Below are positions 63,327 to 64,000 of a stretch of 64,000 nucleotides of DNA, one piece after another. Origin of the DNA: Ginglymostoma cirratum. Lineage: Eukaryota. The stretch covers positions 1,479,425 to 1,543,424 of the forward strand of contig JAHRHZ010000068.1 in NCBI GenBank assembly GCA_024137785.1. Reading direction: 5' to 3'. The notes beneath the pieces are model-generated. The model was not told where the DNA came from, did no database searches, and saw only the letters and a program-made list of their open reading frames with translations. Every line of letters starts with the position of its first letter. The first letter of the stretch is position 1. A program made the position numbers and the translations under genes.

Positions 63327-64000
63327 GAGTACCAGACAATTCCTTCATAGTCATGACATCTGTGTACAGCCAACCTATGAACAGCTTCTCATAAATTGCA
63401 GATCATCTGTTTAACTTAGCGTGTGAAGTAGAGGCAGTATCAGTATCTGAGATGAAATCTGCAAGTGCAAAATCAACTGGTCGCGCCATGCCTTCTTCAT
63501 AACTCTTTTCTTGCTGTTCTTCCCCTGCCAGTACAGGTGGTACCTTGAGGGTATCTGAAGTTGTAAGAGCACAGCTAAGATGCAGGAATGTACAGAAAAC
63601 CAAAAGTACATACTTGCATCACCTTCAGCTTGTCAATCAGAAAATAATGTGATGGGCCTGTTTGGGGAGTCAGATATGAGAAGGAGCATGAGGCTTGAGA
63701 ATACCGGTATCTTTCATGTTTTCAGCTCTAGTATTTGCCAGAGGTTCAGCAAATGGCTGTCCCAGTAATGGCTAGCATAATCTCCCCAGTGGTGTAGAAG
63801 ATGCAGACACATGTATTCCCCTCCCCTTATCTCCTGCTGTCACTGTTTCAGTGAGTGCCATGCAATCTTGTGCTGCCATGGTCAAATAGCATTTGGTGTG
63901 TACAACCTATCAGCTGAGGATATGAGGCTTGCAGCAGTGTTGTGTAGAGGTAGGATGGTAGGAACCCATGAATGTTGGCTTGAGTCCTAATTGATAAAGA

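Noticed and set aside
1-64000. Other FoxP exons (MMQES... start exon, VPVSVAMM... exon, zinc finger, forkhead domain) and CRISPR/rRNA features
   Set aside because: Not found by eye or in the ORF track. Short exons could have been missed, but none is supportable.

Overview
AT-rich vertebrate genomic DNA. The repeat content (HER1/CR1 LINEs, HE1 V-SINEs, DeuSINE fragments) points to a cartilaginous fish, most likely a shark. The window appears to lie within a + strand FoxP gene, most likely FOXP1. I found only one canonical coding exon (34553-34642, [30 protein letters not shown]); I did not find the neighbouring constitutive exons, so both flanks look like very large introns. About 1.3 kb upstream of this exon is a segment resembling the alternative first exon of human FOXP1 (MFQCVFPSSVLQPHSTSCLFK..., recalled from memory). 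The match is spread over several reading frames and ends at a GT donor in the equivalent position, among CTCF, forkhead and FOX:ETS motifs. The rest is intronic: CR1 LINEs of several ages, SINEs, Harbinger remnants, LTR-like pieces and a Penelope GIY-YIG remnant. The most unusual structural signal is a set of short non-autonomous elements, often long palindromes, carrying minimal type-I hammerhead ribozyme motifs (CUGAUGA-stem II-GAAACGUH). One sits at a 400-N gap whose flanks overlap by 71 identical bases. Nearly all ORF-track entries are spurious or transposon-derived. All homology calls are by recognition and were not checked by database search.
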